Part shown: positions 38,614 to 50,118 of the stretch, in pieces | How positions within the stretch are numbered: the stretch's first letter is position 1 | Layout of the letters: each line of letters begins with the position of its first letter | Source: Paraspadella gotoi | Lineage: Eukaryota; Animalia; Chaetognatha | Direction: 5' to 3' | Length of the DNA: 64,000 nt | Assembly (NCBI GenBank): GCA_051294375.1 | Contig: JBJCIZ010000239.1 | Span: forward strand, 3,759,075 to 3,823,074 | The notes under the pieces: generated by a model | The model's input: only the letters and a program-made list of their open reading frames with translations | The model's database searches: none | What the model was told of the DNA's origin: nothing | Program-made: the position numbers and the translations under genes

Positions 38614-41600
38614 ATGAACCGGTCAGCCGCGACGCCGAGCGAAGAGCGCCGATCGATCGTGTCGCCGGAAAAGGAGCGCCGGGACAAATGGCCGTCGATG
38701 AACTGGAATTGGAATGAAAATGGATGCGTAATTGAGTGAGTCGTTTGATTATTGTAATTGTTGATTGTAAAATGAAATTAATGACGAAAAGAATTATAAA
38801 AGAAAATTATCGTTAATAATTAAAATATTTTCGAAGCCCTAGTTGCGTCTGTCCGTCACAGACCAGCGATACGGACCCAAAAAGTAGTACTATTAATAAT
38901 AAAATATTTATGAAATTGGTACTACCAATATACAAACAATCCATACATTTAATAAATAAGCTATCTTGCCCCTGACTTTGGGACAGGCTTTGGTGGTTTA
39001 AGGCCTCCATCACTCTTACAAGATAATAACATAGCAGGTCCCTGCAAGCTTTCAACGCTCGCAGCTCTGCAAAAAAAATCAACCCTACTTCCAAAACCTC
39101 TTCCCATTCGTCTCTCTCTCTCTTTCTCTTTCTCTCTNNNNNNNNNNNNNNNNNNNNNNNNNNNNNNNNNNNNNNNNNNNNNNNNNNNNNNNNNNNNNNN
39201 NNNNNNNNNNNNNNNNNNNNNNNNNNNNNNNNNNNNNNNNNNNNNNNNNNNNNNNNNNNNNNNNNNNNNNNNNNNNNNNNNNNNNNNNNNNNNNNNNNNC
39301 TCTCTCTCTCTCTCTCTCTCCCTCTCCCCCTACTCTTTCCCCCCAATCGTTCAGTCGGAAATACAAGAAACACGTGACCTACGGACTCATCGCGGTATTT
39401 TATCTTCTGGGAGGCATTGAATACGGCATCGTCCTTCCGTCCTTGTGGCCATTTCTTCAGAATCGATTCAACGTCGGGGACAGCGGAGATTTTTACGGTA
39501 AATTAATACAATCAACTCATGACCATTAGATACCGGTGTTAGGGGACGAATCCTGCAAGATCCAGACGAAGTCCACGAGTGAAAACTGATGAAAAGATTA
39601 TTTTTTCTTCACGGCACTGTTGAACCCAATAGGGCGGTCAAAACGACAGGATTGCTGACGGATGTTTGTGGTTTAGAAATTGCAGGGCCTCAGGATTGTC
39701 TAGACAGACTGAGAGACAATGAAGCAGCACTCCAAAGGGAGGAGTGGCAAATTGTCAACACCCAGGGGGTTCTCCACTCAGTGTGGATAAAGGACGATGC
39801 ACCAGTGTTAGGGGGCGAATCCCTAACGGGTAATGACTCATCATCATTGATGAGTGTAGGGTGACCAAAGAAGGCGTGGCAGAATGTCTCTCTCCAACCA
39901 GGGAATGATTGATCACGGGCGGCCGTGCATTGACAGTACACCCTGGAATCTACACTGTAATAGATCAGAAGAGAAACACAATGTTCAAGAACCACGTAAC
40001 CTATCAGTAACCCAACACCTCTGCTATAATCATTAATAACTCACGATAGCTGAAAGGGAAAGACATTGAATAACAAATATCAATCAATGAATAATAAATG
40101 AATAGACACATGGTGAAATGTTTTATTTGTCAATGAATTAATATTCAAATGAATAAAAGTCCGATGATGAATCTTCACGAAAGTTTCTTCCCAACACCGG
40201 GATCGATCCCAAGGGGCAGGGATGTGGATCTGGCGCTTGAGCTTGAGCGAGAGCTAGAGCTACAGCTAGAGCTAGAGCTGCCGAAACTGGCATATTTGTC
40301 CGGAGCGGGAGCTGGAGCTGAATTTATCTTTTGACCGGGAGCTGGAGCTGGTGGTGATCTTTTAGCTTGGCCAAGAGCTGGAGCTGGAGTTGGTGCTGAC
40401 AAAAAAGGTCTAACTCCAGCTCCCAAAAAAGTTTTTGAAATAATAAAATTTTATAAAAAATATTATTTTGTTTAATTATGAAAGAAATGCTAGTTGATGA
40501 AAGTTATCATCAATTAAGATAGTTTTACTTACAAGTTTCAGTCATGATGAAATGTAAAACTTTATTTCATATATTAATCATAGTATTATGAAAAAAACAG
40601 TGAATCAATTTAACTTTATTATAAATATTATACCTAGTTATCACTACCCACCTTTTTTTCCAAAGGTCTAACACTCTCCGCATTAGCGGCGACCTCTTTC
40701 CTCGCTTCTCCCTTTTTCGGTGCAATAGTCGATCGACTTCCCTCGGCGAAGCCACTGCTCATCTTTGGCTGCATCGCGAGCGCCTTGGGGAACGCCCTAT
40801 ACTTTACAGCTCTGAACAAATGGTTGGTTCGTTTTTTAAAGTCGGACTGTAGTACTTACTAACTAAAAATACTTTTAAAAACCAATTGAGGGCCATAACC
40901 TAAATTTTAACCAGAATTAAAACACCTACCAAATGTTGTTTGCTTAAACTTTGTAACCAAAATTTTCCCTGTATACGTACAATTAATTTTTTCGAATGAA
41001 TTACGATTTAGGTAGCGATAGTTTTTAAATTTTTGCTTTTTGTATTAAACATGTAAGAACTTGAAATTTTCAATAACTATCACCTTGTTTACTTACTTAA
41101 ATTCCAAAACTATTTAATTAAAATGTTATTATTATGATTATAAAAATTTGTAAAACATTCACACGAATAAAAAAAAAATTTCAGTCGGTAAAAGTTTTTT
41201 TACAAAATATAATATTTTATTTTTAAATTATACATATATTATACATTCAAAGGTTTCTCTTTTTCGGACGCGTCCTCTGCGGCGCCGGATGGGCGTGTCG
41301 ACCGGCGCTGCTCGCCGACATCACGCGGACTACGACGCCGGAAGAGAGAACCGGGATTTTGACCATCATCATGGCTTTTCCTCAGATAGGGTGAGGATTT
41401 TGATTGATTGATTGATCGATTGAAAGTTTGACAAAATGGACAATTGATTATTTGACTTATTCATCAAGTAATTTTTTTTTCAAAATGATTGATAGATTGA
41501 TTGATTAAAAGTTTGATAAAATGGACAATAGATTATTTGACTTATTCATTAAGTAATTTTTCAAAATGATTGATTGATCGATTGAAAAAACTGATTGACG

Positions 41601-43148
41601 GATGGATTAATCTTTTCATTATTGGATTATTCTTTAATAAATAAAAAACTAATATAAATATACTAATATAAATAACTATAAACTAATTAAGTACCATTTC
41701 GATTAAACGAAAACTAAAATTCCTCTGTCTCTCGCTCACAGACATTTCCTCGGCCCGGCGGTGAATGTGGTTTTGGTCCGATTCGACTTTTGGCTTTTCG
41801 ATTTCATTCACATCGACAAATACACGGCCTGCGGTTTCTTCTCATGCATCATGTTTCTGTTGGAGTTGATCGTCGGTTCCCTCTTTTATTTCAACCTTCA
41901 GGTTATACGTGTTTTTTTATGTCGATGAATCGGTATTGTCCCGAGTTTTAGATTTATAGGGAAGACCGGTGCTCTCGGAGTTGATAAATTAGACTGTGAG
42001 AGAGCCTGGATGGAAAATCTGCAGGGTCCTACTTTGCAATTATCTGTTAAAGAGATCGAAGATCTTATTTATTAGACAAATATGACCGGTTTTAAGTTTT
42101 TTTTAAGGGGAGTCTACGGTTCATTAACCTAACATTTCCTCAAGCTTTAATTAAAAAAAAAACTATTGTTAAACGTTTGTTTCGCCAAAAAATTGTCTCT
42201 TATTAAACTAATCCAAACTCACAGGAAATTCGTGACATGGAACTGGCCTCTCACGATTATCACGCCCTCAAGGATCGATACTTCGACAAAAGTTGTTCCA
42301 TTTTGGAAGAGAAACTCAGGGAGATCGAGACCGAGGAAGAAGAAGACGAAGAAGAAATTAAAGAGGAAGACAAGACGAGAAAGATTCCCTCCCCTTCACC
42401 CTCTCCCTCTCCCTCTCCCTCCCTCCGGTCTCGCATCGACTCGGAGATCGTCGTCTCGCTCTCACTCGTCTTCGTCTCCAACTTCGGCCTCTCGACCCTA
42501 GAGACGATCGCTTTTCCCATCATGGATTTTCTTTTCGGGTGGAACATCATTCTCAACTCTCTATTTTCCTCCATCGCCTGCGCGTTGATAATTGGGAGTC
42601 TCTTTGGTTTGCATTTCGTGAGCAAACGGGCGACGGATCGGGGGATTTTGTTGGGTTTGCAGGTGGGTTGGNNNNNNNNNNNNNNNNNNNNNNNNNNNNN
42701 NNNNNNNNNNNNNNNNNNNNNNNNNNNNNNNNNNNNNNNNNNNNNNNNNNNNNNNNNNNNNNNNNNNNNNNNNNNNNNNNNNNNNNNNNNNNNNNNNNNN
42801 NNNNNNNNNNNNNNNNNNNNNNNNNNNNNNNNNNNNNNNNNNNNNNNNNNNNNNNNNNNNNNNNNNNNNNNNNNNNNNNNNNNNNNNNNNNNNNNNNNNN
42901 NNNNNNNNNNNNNNNTTCTTTATACAGTTTATATTCTTCGAAACATTATACCATTTCATTGATAGGGAAGCCTGGTAAACTGGGAGTGAAGAAACGAGAC
43001 TGAGAGAGACTTTATTGTAGGGACCTGCTAATGTCATTATCTGGTAAGAGTGATGGAGACCTTAAACCATCATAGTCTCCAAACTCCAAAGTGGAGAAAA
43101 TAAATAATTTTTATATTGGTTGTACCAATTTAATTTATCATGTTATAC

Positions 43149-43185
<37 letters not shown>

Positions 43186-44563
43186 TCTCCCCAGTTAATC
43201 GGATTCTTCTCCATAATCTGGATGCTGATCTCCAACGTCTTGGCCATGGGGTCTTCCGATTACATCATCAACGAAGCGACAGATCAAGAGGTCACCTTTT
43301 GGCGAGCAATGATCATTCTGGGTTATTGCTTCTTTTGCGTTTCCATCCCGACCATCAGGTCAGCGTCGCCTGATTTACTATCTACTTAAAAAAACTCGCG
43401 AATCTAAAGGCCTGGATTCTAGAACTAGAAAATGAAGGAACGAATATACGCATGTTATTGCTAATTAATTAACTAATTAATTAAAGCTCGTTAATTTATC
43501 AAAGTCAAATAATATTTAATTCATCAGGACGGTAAAAACATTCTCCTCCAAACGAATCGAAATTTTACCGGGCACTNNNNNNNNNNNNNNNNNNNNNNNN
43601 NNNNNNNNNNNNNNNNNNNNNNNNNNNNNNNNNNNNNNNNNNNNNNNNNNNNNNNNNNNNNNNNNNNNNNNNNNNNNNNNNNNNNNNNNNNNNNNNNNNN
43701 NNNNNNNNNNNNNNNNNNNNNNNNNNNNNNNNNNNNNNNNNNNNNNNNNNNNNNNNNNNNNNNNNNNNNNNNNNNNNNNNNNNNNNNNNNNNNNNNNNNN
43801 NNNNNNNNNNNNNNNNNNNNNNNNNNNNNNNNNNNNNNNNNNNNNNNACGAAAAAAAAGTTGTTGGTGACAAACAAGGATCTGTCAATTAAAATCGTTGT
43901 TTGTCGCCAAAAAACTTTTTTTCTAAACTTCCATTTAAGTCTCGACCAATCAGAGAGCTTGATTCCATTTCGGTGATTTCTTCCCGACCCTCCGATCCGG
44001 TTCCTTGCGATTCCATGCGATTCCATTTGATTCCATCTTCTGGTTAGCTAGATATTCCTAGAATGCTTCATAAACCTGTGAAGAACTTGTAAAGAAAACG
44101 CTAACCTGTAATTTTTTTTTATGTCTTACAAAATACATCTTGGAGAAAATAAGAATTTCTTCTTGTAGAATTATCATTAACAATACAATCACGAGTCCTG
44201 TCAAAATTAAAACAAACAAACAAACATAATCTATATCTAACAAAAACGCCAACTGACAAAAGCCGCAGTCCCTTAACTCGAACCTCACTTTCCCCAACCT
44301 TCAGCGTCATCGCCGTTTCTCTTCTATCCAAAATGTTCAAACGCGAACGGCAAGGGATCGGCCAGGGGGCGCAGCTCAACGTCACCTCGTTGGCGAACAT
44401 CTTGGCGCCTCTGTGGACGGGTTCCATGGTGTGGAAGAGCCTCTCTCTCATGTTCGGCGTCGAATTATGTCTTCATCTCATCGTCTTCGTTTTGTTCATT
44501 TGTTCGTGGAAGAAATTAAATCCGGGAAAAGAAGATGAGGAAAGAGAGAAATTGATATCGTGA
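38614..44563 (+). CDS. MFSD8: MFSD8/CLN7-like MFS transporter, paralogue 3 (apparently complete)
   Basis: In-phase GT-AG exons 38614-38735, 39355-39497 (GGIEYGIVLPSLWPFL), 40666-40822 (SPFFGAIVDRLP), 41253-41390 (FGRVLCGAG...TTPEERT), 41742-41901 (GHFLGPA), 42225-42662, 43195-43338, 44305-44563 (RQGIGQG...LANILAPLW...EREKLIS, TGA). Confidence 0.9.
40213..40425. mobile_element. MITE-like fragment with (GGAGCT)n subrepeats
   Basis: Repeated GGAGCTGGAGCT and GCTAGA hexamers with an inverted AACTCCAGCTCC near 40412. GC-rich island in an AT-rich intron. Confidence 0.5.
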
Positions 44564-44745
44564 TTCCTGCAGTGGCGTGTAGAAGGGTAGACCGTAGACA
44601 GTAGACACCCTTCACCAGGGACGTGGAGAAGGTCAGACTCCCACTTCCAGGGGGGTTTATAGAGGTAAACATCCACCATAAAGGCAAAGGGTTCTTTGGG
44701 TTGCCCCCCAAAAATATAGGGGTTTTGGCGTCTTTTGAAAAACCA

Positions 44746-45168
44746 CTTAATAATATTTTTTATAATAATTGTTTTTTAAATAAGTATTTTTAACTAATTA
44801 CCNNNNNNNNNNNNNNNNNNNNNNNNNNNNNNNNNNNNNNNNNNNNCTCAGTATTTTTTCTCTTTTTTTTTTGTATAATTTTTAACTGACTTGTTTAGGG
44901 AGGTTTAGGGTTAAAGGTTATTTAGGGGTAATTTAGGATTAGGGTGGTTTAGGGTAAAGGAGCTGCTTAGGGTGGTTTAAGGGTGGTTAGGGTTAAGTGT
45001 TTGTTTAGGGGGTGTTAGGATAGGGGTGGTTTAGGGTTAAAGGTGTTTCAAAGGGTTGGTTTTAGATTAGGGGTGGTTTGGATGTTTGGGTTAAGTATGG
45101 TTAAAAGTTAGGGTAATTAGTTTAAAATACTTATTAAAAAAACAATTATTATAAAAAAATTATTAAGT
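44746..45168. mobile_element. Fold-back element with ~55-bp terminal inverted repeats around degenerate TTAGGG repeats
   Basis: CTTAATAAT...AACTAATTACC (44746-44802) is mirrored by GGTAATTAGTTT...ATTATTAAG (45112-45168). Includes an N-gap. Confidence 0.6.
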
Positions 45169-46490
45169 TTTATACGTGATAGCTTTTAATTTTACATAAA
45201 ACATACTATTATAACAATTAAAAAAACTTCAAAGAACATCATAGTAATTTAACGATGTTCACCATTCATAAAATCTTATGCTTACCACCCAGGGCCCGCC
45301 ACCAAAATTTGTCTAGAAACCCGCCAGTTCTCAACACGCCCCCGCGTGAGGGATTTTTCTAGAAGATTCATTTTATATATAAAATTATCCCCATATTTTT
45401 TTCATTTTCGCGATCTTTCGTCATTTTTGCCATCTCTATTCATTTTTGCCATCTCTTCGCTGCCACCGCTAAGCCGAATCTAAAGACTAGAAATCTTTGC
45501 ACTATTTTTTATGTCCATATAGAAACAAATTGTGTAGCACTAGCTTACTTTTTTAATTTTATAATTTTACTCGAACTCAATTTTATTTCTCAGAGTAAAA
45601 TAAAAAGTTTCACGTTTTAAACTGATTCCTTTTTTTCTTTCAAAAGTTAAGGCCGTTTTTGTTTTCTGATGAAATTTCCTATCATTCCTTACGACCTCTG
45701 TCGTTAAATGATGAAAACGCTTTAATGGATTGCAAGCAAAAAAGTTTGTTCCGCTATTTATGAAACGTTTTGGTATATACTTTTAAAGGTCAAAAGTTAA
45801 TGCATTTAATTATTCTGATCAGGCTATAGTAGTTGAAAAGAAAAGTGACATGTAAACGATGTAAGTTTTTTTTAAAGATTAACACAGGCTCAGGGGCTTC
45901 AGTTTATGATAACCAAAGACAGTTAGAAATGCTCAGAAAATAAATTTTGATTGGAATGCGCAGAAATCTCACAAAAAACTAATTTTAATATCAAATTTAC
46001 AATGTTTTTTTTCCTAAATTTTTAATTTAAAAATTTCATCCCTGAAAAGTTTTTTTTTTTTTGCATTTTGGAAAACTCCGATGCGCCGATGAGTCTGCTA
46101 TCTGCCTACAGAATCTGAGCTCATTTTTTTATCTCTTATATAACCCTGGCGGAATAGAAAAGTGAACGGGATCGAGTTTCGGGCGAAAAAAAGAATTTTT
46201 TAGACAAAAATGACGGCGCAACTCCGATTATCACGAACGCGCAGATGCGATCAAATAACAATTTAATGAATTTTGCCTTTTTTTTTTGCGAGCGTTCAAT
46301 TCTATGAATCTTGTAAATTTTCATGAATAGTATTTTTTATATATCTTTTAATGATAAATAAAAAAAAAATATCCAGCTTTATTTTCAAAACTAAGTTTTT
46401 CTTAATTTTAAAATTATCCGTCATTTTAAAAATAAAATTTTTAAGTATATAACGCTTTCCCGTTTTAAAATGGCGAAGTTATTCTTTTAA

Positions 46491-47376
46491 GGGGACCCAG
46501 TGATAAAAATGATATCATAAGCTTAAGGGTCTATCATCAAAGGAATTTGAATGGTGATAGTCATTATTTTTTTTTGCACGGGAAAGTGGCCAAAAAAATT
46601 GCTATCTCTTATTGTAGCGGAAACAAAAATTTAATAATTATGAAAAAAACATTGAGTTGACCCTACCTAAATATTCATATAATCGCGTTTATTTATTTTT
46701 GCATTAGAAAGTATTTTTTTACTAAATTCCAAAATTTTTATTTTTTACTGTACAAAAGCTACAATTTTAGGTTTAAGCCTCATTGAACAAAGGCTTTACA
46801 AGACTAATTTTTTTTATTTTTTATATTTACTTAAAGCAGAGACAAATCAAACCTAAATTCTATTCTTACAGAAACAAAACTGTAATTAATTATTAATTAA
46901 TATTCATATTCAATCCTTTAATCTATTATTAAACTATATTGATTCTTAATTATAATAATTAAAATTTAGCAAAAGTACAGAATCTTTCTCTTTTTTTTAT
47001 ATTTTAATTACTTCAAAGAGTTTTATTTTTCATTCAATTAACAGAATCATTTAAAAGAAAGTTTAAAATAAAATCAGTCGATACCTTAATTTTGATTCAT
47101 TCCTAGTTTTTTTCTTATAAATTTTTGTAATAAAAGCTGAAAATCTTTTTAAAATTAGATCTTACCCTTTTTTGAAAAATTTAAATTGTAAACTTGAAAA
47201 AGATTTTCTTCTTACCGATTTTTTTAAAGAAAATTAAGCTCGCTGATTTTATCGAATTTTTAAACTACTTTCCCAAATGATTATAGAAGAAAAAATTATA
47301 TTGGTCAGAACCAGCTTAAGGTTAAAGGGTCAAACGTTATGTTTTCAGCTTTTTACCCCCTGTTCACTTGGTCCCC
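46491..47376. mobile_element. Non-autonomous DNA transposon with TTAA flanks and 13-bp TIRs (Kolobok-like); second copy at 54139-55015
   Basis: TTAA-GGGGACCCAGTGA ... TCACTTGGTCCCC-TTAA (12/13 match). AT-rich non-coding interior. Purine-purine termini fit Kolobok better than piggyBac. Confidence 0.75.
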
Positions 47377-49616
47377 TTAAAGATCGAAAAACTGGACGAA
47401 GCTTTTTAATCTTTAAAGAAGCAAAAAAAAAAAAGAAAAGAAAAGAGTAAACAGGAAAAATTGAAAAAAAAAAGAAAAGAAAAGGAAAAGAATTTCCTTC
47501 CGATTGATATTTTCCCGCAATCACTCATCTCCGTTCGTAACCGTAACGACGACGACGACGACAACGATGAGGAGGACGATTGATGACGACGACTACGACG
47601 ACAACGACGACGACGACGAACGATGATTTAAACGTCAATCGAAAATGACGACCATAACGACACAACGATGATGACGTAAAAAGACTCGATCTTTATTTCG
47701 ATTTCGCCCAAACAAACAACAAACACAACAAAACAACAACAACACTGGCCAATAATATTTCTGGATATTATCGGCCTTTTTTTTTGTGAAAAAAGATTGG
47801 ATGCCTGCCATCCCTCTAAGGAATATAATAACAATTAACAAAAAAAAACCTTTGCAAGCTTTTAGCCGAGCCACTCCGACAGCCTAGTTTATTAAGTCCC
47901 AGTGACCGGCTTCCCTACCAACAAAACTGTATAATATTTCTTAGGAAAATTTAATTTGTATGAATAATAATTTTTTTTGTTTAAATAAAAGAAGACAATT
48001 TGACAGTTAATAAAGGATCACTTATTTATGAAATTGGTACAACAACCAATATAAATAGACTATCTTGGCCCTGACTTTGGACGGGCTTTGGTCGTTTTAG
48101 GCCTCCATCACTCTTACAAGATAATTACATAGCAGGTCCCTGCAAGTTTTCAATCAAAGACTGCTCTCACAGTCTCGTTTATTCACTCCCAGAGTACCCG
48201 GCTTTCTATCAACGAAGTGGTATACTAATTAAAGAATATTTCAATTGATTATTTTTAAAATAGCCACCTTAATTACTCTCCTATTCCAAGTTTCTTCCTC
48301 TTAACCCACTAACTGTAACAAACTCGTTAAATTGCCGCCCCTTTAACTCATTGATTTTTTTTTTTTCGCCCAGAAATAAAATTGCCGTCCACGTCATGGT
48401 TGCCGGTAGTTTTACAGGGAGACTGCGTCAAAAGTTTCTGATTAAAAAAAAAATGAAATCGTTAAAAAATTTGGCAATCTGCTCAATACATATAAGTTGT
48501 TTCGCTATTTTTCGAAATAAGTCCCCTTAACTTGCTCCACAACACACACTTAAAAAAAAAAAAAAAAAAAAAAAAATTATATTTTTCTAGAGTCACCTGT
48601 AATTTTTTTGTTTCGGTTCCATCCGATCCAGAGTCGCTCCATGGTCGACGGAATTTTCGACCTTTCGTGTTTCACAAATGGTCATTTTGGAAACCGACTT
48701 CGTAAAAATTGGTCGTCCCCATCGTCATCGTCGTCGTCGTCCGTCGTCGTCGATGTCGTCGTCGTCGTCGTCGTCGTCTGTCGTCTGTTTTGTCATCCGT
48801 CGTTATTGCGATCCACGGCGACGAATGAACGGTCAATTTGACTTCGGGGTAGGGGGGCGGTGAGAGGGACCCGGTGGGGGGGGGGGTGGCAGTCGCCGAG
48901 TTACGTCGTGGTTACGACATTCGAATCCCGATTTAAAGTCAACGAAGAATTTGCTTTTTTCTGAAAATCTATTTTTTTGGTATTAAAATTTAATACTTTT
49001 GCTATTCTCCTTCATTTCGTCTCTCGTATTTAATTAGACACACGTACGGGCCAATGTAAAGTGGATAGGGCGTTCTGTTTAATATTTGTTATTACAAATT
49101 CAATTTCCATAAACGGATTTAGGTATAATTTGAGAAAGAGATATCGTTTTTTTTTCTGCTCTTATTTGAAATTTTCAAGTTGCCATTCAATTAATGTATC
49201 TCAACTAATTACATTTTGACGGGTTGTAATCGGACACAAAAGACGGATTTTTTTTCTTCCTCTGTTGAAGATTTTACTTGGTATTTGTATTATTATCGTA
49301 TTGTATTTTTTCAATATCATAGGCTCAAAAAAAACTGATTTATAACTTTAATGAATTGGTAAACCAATATTATATGAGAGACGTTAATGACCGATATAAT
49401 TCGGTCTGTTTACAATTAGTGGGCACGTGGAAATGATAAACTGATCTTCTTACAACTTTACATCGATGTGGTACACTGTCAGTTTTATCGAAATTTATTC
49501 TCTCATCTTTTGTTTATTAAATAAAATGTTTAAAAAAAGTTGAAGCTTTGAAACTTTTCTGAGCAAAATATAATGAATCCTCTCAGCGAAAGCGATTTTT
49601 TTCCTCTCGGTTATCG

Positions 49617-49704
<88 letters not shown>

Positions 49705-50055
49705 ATAAAATCCACGCCGAATTTCTTCAACTCCCGAATTAAAAGGAACGAGTTTTCTTTCGTCCAGCGAAACAGAGAAAGAAAAAAAATGGTTTGTTTT
49801 TTTCTTCGTCGGTTATTTTTGTTTTTTGTTTTTTTTTCTTGGATGCCGTCAGAGGCGTTCCGCTAATCAGGAAAAGATTCCAAAATGGCACCCGAAACTC
49901 GAATTAAATAAATTAAGACAATTTTAAATTAATATTGATTAGTTCCAGAAAATAGATTAAAATAAAAACCCGCCCAAAAAACCTGCGATAATTAATTTTC
50001 GATTGGGTTTTAGTAGTTTTTCCTCCTCGCCTTCTCTTCTCTTCTCTCTCTCTCT

Positions 50056-50118
<63 letters not shown>

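Noticed and set aside
48596-48700. Possible minus-strand first exon (MTICETRKSKIPSTMERLGSDGTETKKLQ followed by GT)
   Set aside because: The frame differs between the three copies, and I found no recognisable homology or downstream exon.
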